From positions 170,452 to 234,451 of the forward strand of contig JAQGDQ010002388.1 of NCBI GenBank assembly GCA_030141605.1: a stretch of DNA of 64,000 nt, given 5' to 3'. Of the stretch, positions 41,243 through 52,594 are shown piece after piece; within the stretch, counting starts at the first letter, position 1, and every line of letters starts with the position of its first letter. Below the pieces are notes generated by a model that saw only the letters and a list, made by a program, of their open reading frames with translations, had not been told where the DNA came from and searched no databases. Source of the DNA: Tubiluchus corallicola (taxonomy: Eukaryota > Animalia > Priapulida). The position numbers and the translations under genes were made by a program.

Positions 41243-41818
41243 CTACTCAACTGAAAATAATGCTAAAATATCCTTCTCTCGTAAACCTAGATTCAATAAA
41301 ATTCTGCTCTCAAGATGTTCCATGGCTAAAGCTTCATCTAATTCCTTATGATTATAACCTAATAAATGTAAAAAACCATGAATCAATAAATGAACAAAAT
41401 AAGCTTTTAAGTTTATTTTTAACATATCAGATTCTTGATAAAATGTTTCCCATGCAATCACAATATCGCCCAAAGGAAAGGGCTCCTGGCAATGAATTTC
41501 CTTTCCAAAACAAACCGAGTCTTTTCCTACATCCAATGTAGGAAACGCTAAAACATTCGTTGCTTTATTCTGAAAACGCCACTGGTTATTTAAATCTCTG
41601 ATACCAACATTGTCCGTTAGCAAAACACTAACCTCCAAATGCAAAGAAGGAAGAAAAACAGGAAAAGATAAATCCATAGTAAGACTCTGAAAAATGGTGG
41701 ATAAAGTAGAGCTGCATAAAAGCTTGCAATCAAAATCCAACTCTTCCTGCCATTGTCCACCTTCTTGTAAAATATCAACAGAAAGAGAATATTTCCCTTC
41801 GCGAGCCTCTAATATCAT
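41243..41818 (-). CDS. ybeY: rRNA maturation endoribonuclease YbeY
   Basis: TNVLAFP, LGDIVI, HLLIHGFLHLLGYNH. Confidence 0.93.
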   Translation of the reverse strand: MILEAREGKYSLSVDILQEGGQWQEELDFDCKLLCSSTLSTIFQSLTMDLSFPVFLPSLHLEVSVLLTDNVGIRDLNNQWRFQNKATNVLAFPTLDVGKDSVCFGKEIHCQEPFPLGDIVIAWETFYQESDMLKINLKAYFVHLLIHGFLHLLGYNHKELDEALAMEHLESRILLNLGLREKDILALFSVE

Positions 41819-41873
41819 AAAAACCCTTTCTCATATAGACAATAATACTAAAACTTATTTTCAAAATACATAT

Positions 41874-42863
41874 TTACAATGATTGGCGCTCGCCTTTTTC
41901 CCAAGCCGTAATAATTTTCGCAACAAGTGCATGACGCACAACATCTTCCTCATTAAACTGAATAATTCCTATATTATCAATATGAGAAAGATATTCAACT
42001 GCTTTACAAAGACCTGATGCAGTATGAGTAGGAAGATCAACCTGGCTAAGATCACCCGTAACAACCATGTATGAGCCTTCACCAAGGCGCGTCAAAAACA
42101 TCTTCATTTGTAATGGTGTTGTGTTCTGTGCTTCATCTAAAATAATAAAAGAGCGCGTCAACGTCCGCCCTCTCATGAAAGCTAGCGGTGCAACCTCAAT
42201 TGTATCGTTAGCAATCCAACGTGTAATAAAATCTCCTGGAAGCATATCTTGAATAGCGTCATAAAGTGGGCGCAAATAAGGATCAATCTTCTCGTAAATA
42301 TCCCCTGGTAGAAAACCTAACTTCTCTCCAGCCTCAACAGCCGGGCGTGTTAAAATAATGCGATCAACCTCCCCACGTGATAAGGCTTCAACTGCTTTTG
42401 CAACAGCCAAATAAGTCTTTCCTGTACCTGCTGGTCCTGTACAGAAAACAAGCTTCTTTTCTTGCATCACACGTAAAAAATCCTTTTGACGAACAGAACG
42501 AGGATATATTTTTCGCTTCTTTGTTTTGATAATAAGCTCAGAATTATCGTTTTCCTGTACATCAGAATCAGAACGATTATCCATCATAGATAACTCAGCC
42601 TTTACTTCATCCAAACCAATCGGAATACCACGTTCAATACGTGCATAAAGACGATCTAACAAATCAGAAACATATCGTAATAATTTTTCTTCCCCCTGAA
42701 AAATCAAATGGTTTCCACGGCTGATAATCGTAATCTGCAAAGCTTGTTCAATATAAGTAATATGGGAGTTGTGAATCCCTAATAGCTCCATAAGAATTTT
42801 GTTATCTTCATAGGACCGCTCAATTGTCGTTACACGATGGCTACCCTGCTCTTTTTCATTCAT
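41874..42863 (-). CDS. PhoH-family ATPase (YbeZ)
   Basis: GPAGTGKT, TRPAVEAGEKLGFLPG, AFMRGRT, DEAQN; ORF track starts at 42884. Confidence 0.93.
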   Translation of the reverse strand: MNEKEQGSHRVTTIERSYEDNKILMELLGIHNSHITYIEQALQITIISRGNHLIFQGEEKLLRYVSDLLDRLYARIERGIPIGLDEVKAELSMMDNRSDSDVQENDNSELIIKTKKRKIYPRSVRQKDFLRVMQEKKLVFCTGPAGTGKTYLAVAKAVEALSRGEVDRIILTRPAVEAGEKLGFLPGDIYEKIDPYLRPLYDAIQDMLPGDFITRWIANDTIEVAPLAFMRGRTLTRSFIILDEAQNTTPLQMKMFLTRLGEGSYMVVTGDLSQVDLPTHTASGLCKAVEYLSHIDNIGIIQFNEEDVVRHALVAKIITAWEKGERQSL

Positions 42864-42892
42864 ACTCTTTCCTTCAATATACACTTTATAAA

Positions 42893-44260
42893 TTAAATAA
42901 TACGTTTTGCTGAAAGGCTATTAGTATGAATATCATCAACACGAACCTTTACAATCTTACCAAGAAAATCACTATTTCCCTCAAAACAAACCGCCTGCAT
43001 ATAAGGAGAACGCCCCATAAGCTGCCCATCATGGCGTCCAGCTCGCTCAGCAAGAACATCAAAAACATATCCTCGACAAGATTCGTTAAATAAAGACTGC
43101 TGTCGATTTAGTAAAGCCTGCAAAATCTGTAGCCTCTCTGCTTTAACAAACTGAGGAATTTGGAATTCCATCTGTGCAGCCGGTGTTCCAGGACGAGGGC
43201 TATACATAAATGAATAAGCCTGAACAAAACCAACTGATTCTATTAATGACAATGTCTCCTCAAAATCTTTATCACTCTCTCCAGGAAAGCCAACAATAAA
43301 ATCTGACGAAAGGCCAATATCTGGGCGTGCAAAGCGTAGTTTGTCAACTAAGGAGCGATATTCATCAGCACTATGGCGGCGATTCATTGCCTTCAAAATT
43401 TTATTAGATCCTGACTGAACTGGTAAGTGCAAATAAGGCATTAAAAATGGAATTTCCCTATGAGCAGCAATCAAATCATCCCCCATATCTGCTGGATAAG
43501 AGGTGATATAACGAATCCTCTCAAGCCCTTCTATATCTGCTAGCTCCAAAATTAAACGCGCTAATGCCCATTCTTTCCCACCATGTGGACTTGCAGCACG
43601 ATAGTTATTAACATTTTGACCCAAAAGCGTAATTTCACATGCTCCTGCTCGAACTAAGTTTAAAACTTCCATAAAAATATCATTTACAGGGCGTGAATAT
43701 TCTGCACCTCGTGTATAAGGAACAACACAATATGTGCAAAATTTGTCACATCCTTCTTGAATAGCTACAAATGCAGCCCCTCCTTCAATACGACCAGGTA
43801 CTGAAACATTAAATGGTAAATTATCAAACTTATCTTCAACAGGAAAACTTGTCTCAAGAACACGGCGCTCCTCTGAGAGTAAAGACAAAATCATCTCTGG
43901 TAAACGATGATAAGCCTGTGGACCAAAAACCAAATCAACAAAAGGAGCGCGATTGATTATTTCCTGTCCCTCCGCTTGAGCAACACATCCCGCAACTCCG
44001 ATAATCATATCACGGCCAATAAGACGCCTTCTTTCCTTCAATTGGCGAAGGCGACCCAACTCAGAATAGACCTTCTCAGCAGCCTTTTCTCGAATATGGC
44101 AAGTATTTAAAATAATAATATCCGCTTCCGATAAGGTTGAAGACATACGATATCCGGACTCATGTAAGATTTCCCCAATACGGCATGAATCATAAATATT
44201 CATTTGACAACCATATGTCTTGACAAAATAATGTTTTAAATGCTTTCTTGATAAACTCAT
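42893..44260 (-). CDS. miaB: tRNA-2-methylthio-N6-dimethylallyladenosine synthase
   Basis: TYGCQMN, NTCHIRE, CDKFCTYC radical SAM motif, TRAM end; likely ATG at 44260 (ORF track start 44329 overlaps fur). Confidence 0.96.
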   Translation of the reverse strand: MSLSRKHLKHYFVKTYGCQMNIYDSCRIGEILHESGYRMSSTLSEADIIILNTCHIREKAAEKVYSELGRLRQLKERRRLIGRDMIIGVAGCVAQAEGQEIINRAPFVDLVFGPQAYHRLPEMILSLLSEERRVLETSFPVEDKFDNLPFNVSVPGRIEGGAAFVAIQEGCDKFCTYCVVPYTRGAEYSRPVNDIFMEVLNLVRAGACEITLLGQNVNNYRAASPHGGKEWALARLILELADIEGLERIRYITSYPADMGDDLIAAHREIPFLMPYLHLPVQSGSNKILKAMNRRHSADEYRSLVDKLRFARPDIGLSSDFIVGFPGESDKDFEETLSLIESVGFVQAYSFMYSPRPGTPAAQMEFQIPQFVKAERLQILQALLNRQQSLFNESCRGYVFDVLAERAGRHDGQLMGRSPYMQAVCFEGNSDFLGKIVKVRVDDIHTNSLSAKRII

Positions 44261-44267
44261 ACCTTGC

Positions 44268-44729
44268 TTACTCTTCTTCACAAGACTGCTTTTTCTTAAT
44301 GCCGTAAAGCTCAAGGCTATGGCCCACAAGCTGGTAATTATATCGCCCAGCCACTTCTTCTTTTAATGATTCCAGCTCCTGGCAATAAAATTCTATAATC
44401 TCTCCAGTGTTCATATCAATAAGGTGATCATGATGATCACGTGAACTTTCCTCGTAACGTGTACGTTCTCCTCCAAAGTGGCGTTTCTGAAGAACACCAG
44501 CATCACAAAATAATCGTAATGTCCTATAAACCGTTGCTATTCCAATTGATGGATCTATAGCAGCAACACGGTAGTAAACTTCCTCAACATCTGGATGGCC
44601 ATCAAAGTTTGACAAAACGTGCGCTATACGAGAACGTGACGGTGTCATACGAATCCCCTTTTCAAGGCAACGTTTTTCAATAATACTCTTTTTTAAATTC
44701 TCAGACATCCTCTTAAAACTCTTTTTCAT
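44268..44729 (-). CDS. fur: Fur-family transcriptional regulator
   Basis: HPDVEE, ATVYRTL, RYE, HHDHLID. Confidence 0.92.
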   Translation of the reverse strand: MKKSFKRMSENLKKSIIEKRCLEKGIRMTPSRSRIAHVLSNFDGHPDVEEVYYRVAAIDPSIGIATVYRTLRLFCDAGVLQKRHFGGERTRYEESSRDHHDHLIDMNTGEIIEFYCQELESLKEEVAGRYNYQLVGHSLELYGIKKKQSCEEE

Positions 44730-44877
44730 AACTTAGCATAGTTTAGAACCAATTCACTATGGAGCATGGGTCAACTTCTTTCATATAATATCCTTAAACT
44801 AGTATTCAGCTCAAATGTTTAGAAATAAAACATTATTAAAGGAAAGATAACAGTAAAAAATAACTATACAGGATTTT

Positions 44878-45627
44878 TTATTTTATGAAAACCAAAGATT
44901 CTGTACGTTTTTTCAGCTCTATCGATGTTTGCGCGTCTGGAGGACATAAATATAAAGGTAAAGGAGCAGAAAGAAATGAGAACTCCTCCCGAGACATTAG
45001 GCTTAAACGATGGCATGCTAAGCGTCCTAAATAAGAAGCACAAGGAAATATTATCTTTTTAAAAGAAACAATGTTTACATCATGATCACACAATGCAGAT
45101 ATTACAGAATCTTGAAAATCACCTACAAGAATAACTCTTTCCTTCAAAAATAAAGAACTTAAGTCTTTAGGTAGAATACTTTTTACAGGAATAATAGGAT
45201 CAAGAATTTTGTTAAAAAATGCAATATATATATCTTTTCGATACGAATTCAGAGCAACACAAATCTTTTCTTCTAAAAACGCATGTTTACAAACAGCCTC
45301 ATACGCAAGAACGTCAACAGTATTAATCCCCAAACATGGTAACCCGGTTGCAATACGTAAAGCGCGTGCTGATGACAAACCAACCCTCAAGCCCGAAAAA
45401 GAGCCTGGTCCAACTGTAACTGCTAATGCAGAAAGATCTCCAAACGTTAGACCTGCTGAAGATAAACAAGATAAAATCATCGGGAATAAACGCTCTGCAT
45501 GCTCATATCGTACACGAGAAACTTCTAAGGCAAGAACATCTTTTCCGATCGTCACAGCAACAGAGCACCCTCCTACAGCTGTATTAAAAGATAAAATCGG
45601 CAATAAAAAACCTGTGTTTTGATCCAT
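44878..45627 (-). CDS. tsaB: tRNA threonylcarbamoyladenosine biosynthesis protein TsaB
   Basis: HAERLFP, VTVGPGSFSGLRVG, PLYL. Confidence 0.92.
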   Translation of the reverse strand: MDQNTGFLLPILSFNTAVGGCSVAVTIGKDVLALEVSRVRYEHAERLFPMILSCLSSAGLTFGDLSALAVTVGPGSFSGLRVGLSSARALRIATGLPCLGINTVDVLAYEAVCKHAFLEEKICVALNSYRKDIYIAFFNKILDPIIPVKSILPKDLSSLFLKERVILVGDFQDSVISALCDHDVNIVSFKKIIFPCASYLGRLACHRLSLMSREEFSFLSAPLPLYLCPPDAQTSIELKKRTESLVFIK

Positions 45628-45735
45628 TAATACTGAGTTTCCTGATAATTAAAACACACTGTATTACCTAAGACGAAAAAGTAAATAAAAAAACTATATC
45701 ACAAAATACAAGAATACGTTCTTACAAAAAAATAA

Positions 45736-45812
45736 TGGTGGGCCCGGCAGGACTCGAACCTGCAACCTGACCGTTATGAGCGGCCGGCTCTAACCAGTTG
45801 AGCTACAGGCCC
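45736..45812 (-). tRNA. tRNA-Ile2 (CAT anticodon, lysidine type; tRNA-Met is the alternative call)
   Basis: GGGCCTG acceptor, D-arm GCTC/GAGC, anticodon loop CTCATAA, GGTTCGAGTCC, encoded CCA, 77 nt; position after rpoD is typical of Ile2. Confidence 0.92.
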
Positions 45813-45905
45813 CCCTGTCTCATAAAAATGTCATACCAGATAATAAAGCAGAACTCTAGAACTTTTTTTAAATTTACACTATTTTTTTAAACAAAGCAAA
45901 AATTT

Positions 45906-47987
45906 CTAATTATCAAGAAAACTTCTTAGAACTTTTGAACGGCTAGGATGCTTCATTTTACGCAAAGCCTTTGACTCAATCTGGCGAACACGTTCACGAG
46001 TTACTGAAAATTCCTTGCCAACCTCTTCCAATGTGTGCTCGACTAAAACGCCAATTCCAAAACGCATTCGTAAAACACGCTCCTCACGCGCTGTTAGGCT
46101 TGCCAGTACTTTCGTTGTCGCCTTTTTCAAATTTCCTAAAAGAGCTGCCTCTAAAGGTTGAAGAGCATTTTTGTCTTCAATAAACTCTCCTAAATAGCTA
46201 TCCTCTTCATCTCCTATCGGAGTTTCAAGGCTAACGGGTTCTTTCGCGATTTTCATAATTTTCCGAACTTTATCTAATGGAATATCAAGATATTCTGCTA
46301 ACTGCTCCGGTGTTGGCTCCTTCCCTGTTCGGTGAAAAATATCACGCGACATGCGTGACAACTTATGAATACTTTCTGTCATATGAACTGGTATACGAAT
46401 CGTCCGAGCCTGATCCGCTATAGAGCGCGTAATCGCCTGCCTAATCCACCACGTCGCATAAGTCGAAAATTTATACCCACGACGATATTCAAATTTCTCA
46501 ACAGCCTTCATTAAACCAATATTCCCTTCCTGAATTAAATCCAAAAACTGAAGGCCTCGATTCGTATATTTTTTTGCTATTGATATTACAAGGCGGAGAT
46601 TCGCTTCTATCATCTCTTTTTTTGCACGAGATGCTTCATATTCACCTTTCTGGACAATAGAAAATATACGCTTAAATTCAGAAGGAGATAGATAAATTCT
46701 ATGGGAAACATCTGCGATCTCTCCACGGATTCGGATAACATCATCTTCATATCGTTCAATAAAACGTTTCCATGGTTTTTCTTTAATTTTTTTTATCGAA
46801 TCAAGCCAATTTGAATCTAGTTCAAAACCTTTATAACGATTTAAAAAATCAATCCGGCTAATTTTACATTGAGTTGCAAAGCGAATAATATACTTTTCTC
46901 GACTAATTAAATGGCGATTAATTTCTGAAAGCTGCTCCATTAACTCATCAATACGACTCTGGTTAAAATGAAGACTCTGAACCAACTTAACTGCCTCTTT
47001 ATGAAGCTTACGATACTGCTTTTCCTTAGAGGACGCAACCTTCGTTCCACTAATGCAAGATTGTAAACGTTCCTTAAGAAGCTTTTCAAGTTTAACACGC
47101 AAAATCTCTACATCTTCAAATGTTTTCATAATAGAAGGTTTTAAAAACATTTCCATATGAGCTAAAGAAAGTCCTACTTCTTCTTTATCTCTTATCTCTT
47201 CCTTTCCATTTCCATCTTTCCTATCCTCTTTTTCCTGAAAACCAATAGAAATAATGTTTAAATCAGCGCTATCATTCGAATCAATTTTTTTCTCTTCAGA
47301 CAGAAGAGATTTATTAACTTCTTCAAGAACAGACGATTCTTCTTCACCATTATCAATAGAGCTAAAAGAAAACATAGACTCTCTTCGATGCTCTTCAATA
47401 ACCTTCTGCAATTCGCGCTCAAAATCAATATCATCAACACGATTTTCCCAAGAAGCCTCAATATCAATAATATCCCGTAAAGATGCTTCTTCATTTTTTA
47501 AATCAGTATACCATACTGACATTGCTTTGAATGTTAACGGGCTCTCACAAATACCATCCAATACCATTAAAAGACCCGCCTCTATTCGTTTAGCAATTGC
47601 TATCTCTCCCTCCCGTGACAAAAGCTCAACGCCTCCCATTTCTCGCAGATACATTCGAACAGGATCATCAACACGGCTAGTGTCCGTCTCAAGAACATTT
47701 CCCGCTGTTCCGCTCTCACTACTTCCAAAACTCTCTTTCTCTCGCTTCGCATCCTCATGGCTTCTGAATACATTAACACCCATTTCTGTTAATGATGACA
47801 TTACAAGCTCTATATGCTCAGCACCAAATGTTTCATCTGGTAGAGCGACATTAATCTCGTCATGTGTCAAATACCCTCGAGGTGTTCCCATATCCACTAA
47901 CTTGAGAATAGCTGCCGATAAATAATCCGGCAACTTCATAGGAATAGTTCGTTTTTTTTGTGATTCTTTATTCTTTATTTTTGCCAT
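45906..47987 (-). CDS. rpoD: RNA polymerase primary sigma factor
   Basis: [59 protein letters not shown]; ORF track starts at 48038. Confidence 0.97.
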   Translation of the reverse strand: MAKIKNKESQKKRTIPMKLPDYLSAAILKLVDMGTPRGYLTHDEINVALPDETFGAEHIELVMSSLTEMGVNVFRSHEDAKREKESFGSSESGTAGNVLETDTSRVDDPVRMYLREMGGVELLSREGEIAIAKRIEAGLLMVLDGICESPLTFKAMSVWYTDLKNEEASLRDIIDIEASWENRVDDIDFERELQKVIEEHRRESMFSFSSIDNGEEESSVLEEVNKSLLSEEKKIDSNDSADLNIISIGFQEKEDRKDGNGKEEIRDKEEVGLSLAHMEMFLKPSIMKTFEDVEILRVKLEKLLKERLQSCISGTKVASSKEKQYRKLHKEAVKLVQSLHFNQSRIDELMEQLSEINRHLISREKYIIRFATQCKISRIDFLNRYKGFELDSNWLDSIKKIKEKPWKRFIERYEDDVIRIRGEIADVSHRIYLSPSEFKRIFSIVQKGEYEASRAKKEMIEANLRLVISIAKKYTNRGLQFLDLIQEGNIGLMKAVEKFEYRRGYKFSTYATWWIRQAITRSIADQARTIRIPVHMTESIHKLSRMSRDIFHRTGKEPTPEQLAEYLDIPLDKVRKIMKIAKEPVSLETPIGDEEDSYLGEFIEDKNALQPLEAALLGNLKKATTKVLASLTAREERVLRMRFGIGVLVEHTLEEVGKEFSVTRERVRQIESKALRKMKHPSRSKVLRSFLDN

Positions 47988-48084
47988 TACTTCTAACCTT
48001 AATATCAAGGACATTATTTTTAAACTAAACCAAAGCACCTACAAAATGATGTACTATAACAACTTTATATTATTGCTTTAAAAA

Positions 48085-49848
48085 TTATCGAGATAAGACA
48101 ATACTATCTGTATCCCGATAACGCTTACTATATTCATACCAGATATGATTCCAATATTTTAAAGCTTCTTCACCTTCTTTTTTCCCATATATACAGTGGT
48201 TTTTTTGCAAAATCTCGTTTACAGTTTCTCCAAAACCACTCTCTTTAAGATAAGTATACAATTTCTTATGATCAAGAGATGGGTACTCAGAAAGTATGTA
48301 AATCACCTTTTGTCGTAACTGATCAAATGGTAAAAATATGAAAACCTTTAAACCCAAGCTTTCTTCAATATCACAAAAAATCTCTGGCGATTCTAGTAAT
48401 ATTTTTAGCAAAGTCGATTCGTAAATTTTATATGATTCTTTATGAGACGGCAAAACGCTTATAGACTTTGCTGTCGGCAAAGTGCCACAAGGTAATTTTG
48501 TTTGAATGTTGTGCATAAATATTTCTCGCTTCCGCGAATGCATAGAACGATTTCCAAGGAGATTATTACCACGAATCGCCTGCCATCCCTCTTTCTGTAA
48601 GCGCCTTAGCCAACTCTTCCAAAATTGCTGACTAACAGAAGTATCAGCAATCGTTTCGGAAAGTTCCTTAAAACGGCGCTCAAGCGCAACTCGAACCTCA
48701 GGAACGGCAATGTCTTGCTCATTCAAACAATATTGCCATAAAAACTCTGACAGTACCACAGATCCTTCTACAAGAGAGCTCATAGCTTCTGATCCTTGAG
48801 TTCGTAGAAAGCTATCTGGATCTTCACCAGAAGGTAATAAACAAAAGCGCAACAAATAACCAGGGCGTAAAATAGACAAAGCACGCTTTGCCACACGAAA
48901 CGATGCTTTATAGCCTGCTCCATCACCATCAAAACAAATAACAGGGCAAGGGGCAATGCGCCAAATTACTGCCAGCTGTTCCTCACTCAATGCTGTTCCC
49001 ATCGGTGCAACTGCTGATTCAAAACCTGCCTGATGGAGCGCAATAACATCCATATATCCTTCACATACAATCATCTGACCGCAGCGATGTGCTGGTGAAG
49101 CTGCAAAATTTAAACCATATAAATGATAACGTTTATTAAATATTGCCGTCTCAGGAGAATTCAAATATTTTGGCTTACCTTCTCCTAAAATTCTTCCTCC
49201 AAAAGCAATAACTCGCCCTTGCCGATCAAAAACAGGGAATATGATTCGCCCTCGAAATCGATCCCAACTTTTTCCTTTTTCTTTATAAGAACGCGCTAAA
49301 AGGCCCGCATCAACAAGAGTATCTTCTGAAAAACCGTGTGACAACAGTGTCTTCTTCAATGAATTAAATGAATCAGGTGCCCATCCTAAACGAAATTGCT
49401 TACAAGAATCTATACTTAAAGCACGCTTTTCTAAAAACTGATAGATGGATTTATGAGATATCAAATTAGACTCAAACCAGCTACATGCTGCTTCCATCAC
49501 TTCAAAAAGTTTTTGTTTCCGGCTCTTTTCTTGCCGCTCTTTCTCTGAATTATTACTTTGCGGAAGATCAAGATTAGCCTCTTCAGCAAGAAAGGTAACA
49601 GCTTCAACAAAGCTCATTCCCTGTGTTTCCATCACAAAGTCAAATAAGCTCCCATTTGCTCCGCAACCAAAACAATAGTAAAATCCTTTCTCATCACTGA
49701 CTGTAAAAGAAGGAGTCTTCTCACTATGAAAAGGACAAAGACCTAAATACTCCTTACCCTGTGCTCGCAAATGAACACGACGACTCACTACTTCAACAAG
49801 CGAAAAACGAATCTTTAATTCATCCAGAAAATGAGAAGGAAAAGCCAT
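48085..49848 (-). CDS. dnaG: DNA primase
   Basis: CPFHSEKTPSF...CFGC zinc finger, FGGR, KYLNSPET, EGYMDV, FDGD. Confidence 0.96.
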   Translation of the reverse strand: MAFPSHFLDELKIRFSLVEVVSRRVHLRAQGKEYLGLCPFHSEKTPSFTVSDEKGFYYCFGCGANGSLFDFVMETQGMSFVEAVTFLAEEANLDLPQSNNSEKERQEKSRKQKLFEVMEAACSWFESNLISHKSIYQFLEKRALSIDSCKQFRLGWAPDSFNSLKKTLLSHGFSEDTLVDAGLLARSYKEKGKSWDRFRGRIIFPVFDRQGRVIAFGGRILGEGKPKYLNSPETAIFNKRYHLYGLNFAASPAHRCGQMIVCEGYMDVIALHQAGFESAVAPMGTALSEEQLAVIWRIAPCPVICFDGDGAGYKASFRVAKRALSILRPGYLLRFCLLPSGEDPDSFLRTQGSEAMSSLVEGSVVLSEFLWQYCLNEQDIAVPEVRVALERRFKELSETIADTSVSQQFWKSWLRRLQKEGWQAIRGNNLLGNRSMHSRKREIFMHNIQTKLPCGTLPTAKSISVLPSHKESYKIYESTLLKILLESPEIFCDIEESLGLKVFIFLPFDQLRQKVIYILSEYPSLDHKKLYTYLKESGFGETVNEILQKNHCIYGKKEGEEALKYWNHIWYEYSKRYRDTDSIVLSR

Positions 49849-49976
49849 TCAGCTCCTTAAAACTGTCATCTGTTATTTGAGATTTTGATAAAATCAGGTA
49901 ATAAATTTAAGGAAATATTATACATACTCTGCTAAAATTTGTAAAGAAAGAAATAAAGAGTCCTTTTCTTTTTCTA

Positions 49977-50909
49977 TCAGGGTATTGCCTTTATTTCTTC
50001 TTTTTCTCGCTGGTGTCGCTTACGAGGATCAAGCAAGAGCAACAAAGGAACTGCAATACAAATTGAAGAATAGGTTCCGATAATGACTCCCCAAATCATA
50101 GCAAAAGCAAAATTACGAATAACGGCTCCTCCCAATATATAAAGAGATAATAATGCCAAAAGAGTTGTAACACTCGTGATAATAGTACGAGATAAAGTTT
50201 CGTTAATACTGTTATTCAAAACAAGTGAAATTGCCATTGTTTTAAATTTGCGTAAATTTTCTCGAACGCGATCATATACAACGACTGTATCATTGATTGA
50301 ATAGCCTGCAATTGTTAAAATTGCCGCGACCGTTGTCAAATTAAATTCTAACTGCAAAAGTGAAAATATTCCTATCGTTAGTATTATATCATGAAATAGT
50401 GCAACAACCGCCCCTAAAGCAAATTGCCATTCAAAACGGACCCAAATATACACTAGCATTGCGCTCAAAGCCATAATAATCGCTAGAAAACCACTTAATA
50501 AAAGCTCACTACTCACCTGAGGGCCTACAAATTCAACGCGGCGATACTCCAAAACACGATCGCCCAAAAGAGATTTTATACGATCGACCGCTCGCTGCTG
50601 TGCGTCTTCATCTCCTTCCTGTTTTTGAATTCGCATCAGCAAATTATCATTCTGCCCTCCAAACTCTTGAAGAGAAATTTCTCCTAAATCAAGAGTTGCA
50701 ATTTCCTGACGCAATCCAGCAATATCCAAAACCTCTTTCGTTTTAATATCAAGTAAAATTCCCCCCTGGAAATCAATACCGTAATTCATTCCTTTGAGTG
50801 TATACAAACTAATAGAACATAAAACGAATACTATAGATAATATGCAAAAAATACGAGCATGCCGTATAAAATTAAATTGCAAATTCTGTGGAATAATAAT
50901 TAAAGGCAT
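49977..50909 (-). CDS. secF: Protein translocase subunit SecF
   Basis: GIDFQGG, VGPQV, GYSINDTVVVYDRVRE. Confidence 0.96.
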   Translation of the reverse strand: MPLIIIPQNLQFNFIRHARIFCILSIVFVLCSISLYTLKGMNYGIDFQGGILLDIKTKEVLDIAGLRQEIATLDLGEISLQEFGGQNDNLLMRIQKQEGDEDAQQRAVDRIKSLLGDRVLEYRRVEFVGPQVSSELLLSGFLAIIMALSAMLVYIWVRFEWQFALGAVVALFHDIILTIGIFSLLQLEFNLTTVAAILTIAGYSINDTVVVYDRVRENLRKFKTMAISLVLNNSINETLSRTIITSVTTLLALLSLYILGGAVIRNFAFAMIWGVIIGTYSSICIAVPLLLLLDPRKRHQREKEEIKAIP

Positions 50910-50941
50910 TCTACTCTCGCTTTATCTATCACACGATTAAA

Positions 50942-52510
50942 TTATAATGGTAACTGTGCTGGACGCTTCTTTAAAACCCACATACTAATAAGAAAGCGCG
51001 TTAAAATAATAGCCGTAAATAATGATGCACAAATACCAACAATAAGAGTCACTGCAAAACCTCGAACTGGACCAGAACCAAAGTAATATAAAAGAGAAGC
51101 CGCTATAATAGTTGTAACATTAGCGTCTAAAATTGTCTGAATAGCACGAGCATAACCTGCCTCAACAGCTAAAATCGGGCTTTTCCCTTGTTTTCGCTCT
51201 TCCCGTATGCGCTCAAAAACGAGGACATTCGCATCCACAGCCATACCAATCGTCAAAACAATCCCTGCAATACCGGGTAAGGTCAATGTCGCCTGTAATA
51301 ACGATATTGCTGATATAACAAGTAACATATTCATAAATAAAGCTATATCTGCAATAACACCAAAGAATCCATAGGATGCGATCATAAAAGCTATAACAGC
51401 AATAATTCCAATAATACTAGCAAGCTTACCTGCATCAATAGAATCCTTCCCTAGACCAGGGCCAACTGTTCTTTCTTCTAAAATTAATAATGGAGCTGGC
51501 AGTGCACCTGCACGCAACAATAAAGAAAGTTCTTGCGTTTCCGCAACTGAAAAACTCCCCACAATTTGACCGCTCCCCCCTCGGATAGCAACACTTATTG
51601 ATGGTGCGCTAATAATCTTATCATCCAAAACAATTGCCAAATTTTTCCCAATATTTTCTGCTGTAACATCACCAAACTTCTTTCCACCAGCTGGACTAAA
51701 ACGAAAACCAACTGCCGGGCGATTATACTGATCAAAATCTGACCAAGCATTCACAAGGTACTCACCTGTCAAAACAGACCGCCTATCTATAAGATACGGT
51801 ATTTCCCCACTATCATATAACAAACGTTTTCCTGCTGTAATACGACCATTAATCGCCTGATTTAAAGAAGCTGGATTGCTATCAACAATATGAAATGTCA
51901 GTTTTGCCGTCTGGCCTAGCAAAGATTTAATCTCGTCTGGATTTTCAATACCTGGTATCTGAACCAATATACGATCATCTCCTTGGCGTTGAATTACAGG
52001 TTCTCGGACACCTTTAGCATCAATACGGCGACGGACAATTTCTAATGATTGCTCAACTATATCACGGGTTTCTTCCAAAATAGCATTATCCGATAGCCAA
52101 AGACTCATTTCTCCTGTATCGCTATCCTGAGAAGTTTGCAATCCCGGAACAATATCAACAACAGCTCTATAAGCTCTATCAACATCTTCTAAAGAACGAA
52201 CTGTCCATCTTACAGCCCTCTCTTCGACACGAGGCGAGCGAGAATAACGGATCTTCTCATCTAATAATGATTGGCGCACAACTTCTGACAAAGAAGAGAG
52301 GCGATCCTCTACAACTGAATCAATATCAACTGCAAGTAAAAGATGCGCCCCTCCTTGCAAATCCAACCCAAGATTAACCTGCTGAGATGGCAACCAGTCC
52401 GGCCACTCTTCAATAGTCTCAGAGGAGAAAAAATTTGGAAAAGACAATATAACTCCCGATAAACAAACTATTGTTATCAGGATAACTTTCCAACGCGCAA
52501 AATAAATCAT
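50942..52510 (-). CDS. secD: Protein translocase subunit SecD
   Basis: LGLDLQGG, AIVLDD, GMAVDANVLVFERIRE. Confidence 0.96.
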   Translation of the reverse strand: MIYFARWKVILITIVCLSGVILSFPNFFSSETIEEWPDWLPSQQVNLGLDLQGGAHLLLAVDIDSVVEDRLSSLSEVVRQSLLDEKIRYSRSPRVEERAVRWTVRSLEDVDRAYRAVVDIVPGLQTSQDSDTGEMSLWLSDNAILEETRDIVEQSLEIVRRRIDAKGVREPVIQRQGDDRILVQIPGIENPDEIKSLLGQTAKLTFHIVDSNPASLNQAINGRITAGKRLLYDSGEIPYLIDRRSVLTGEYLVNAWSDFDQYNRPAVGFRFSPAGGKKFGDVTAENIGKNLAIVLDDKIISAPSISVAIRGGSGQIVGSFSVAETQELSLLLRAGALPAPLLILEERTVGPGLGKDSIDAGKLASIIGIIAVIAFMIASYGFFGVIADIALFMNMLLVISAISLLQATLTLPGIAGIVLTIGMAVDANVLVFERIREERKQGKSPILAVEAGYARAIQTILDANVTTIIAASLLYYFGSGPVRGFAVTLIVGICASLFTAIILTRFLISMWVLKKRPAQLPL

Positions 52511-52594
52511 ATTTTTTCTTTTAAAATAACCTTATTGTAGCAAATATTACTGGAAATCAAAGTTTTCTTTTCAGAAAAAAACATAATAATATTC

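Noticed and set aside
44730-44877. Possible rimI remnant between tsaB and fur
   Set aside because: The spacer is only 148 bp with no recognisable GNAT residues; absence noted but no pseudogene can be supported
45628-45905. tRNA as a possible integration site
   Set aside because: No integrase, no duplicated tRNA 3-prime end and housekeeping genes on both sides
47254-47925. 223-aa plus-strand ORF
   Set aside because: Ser-rich antisense shadow of the acidic region of rpoD
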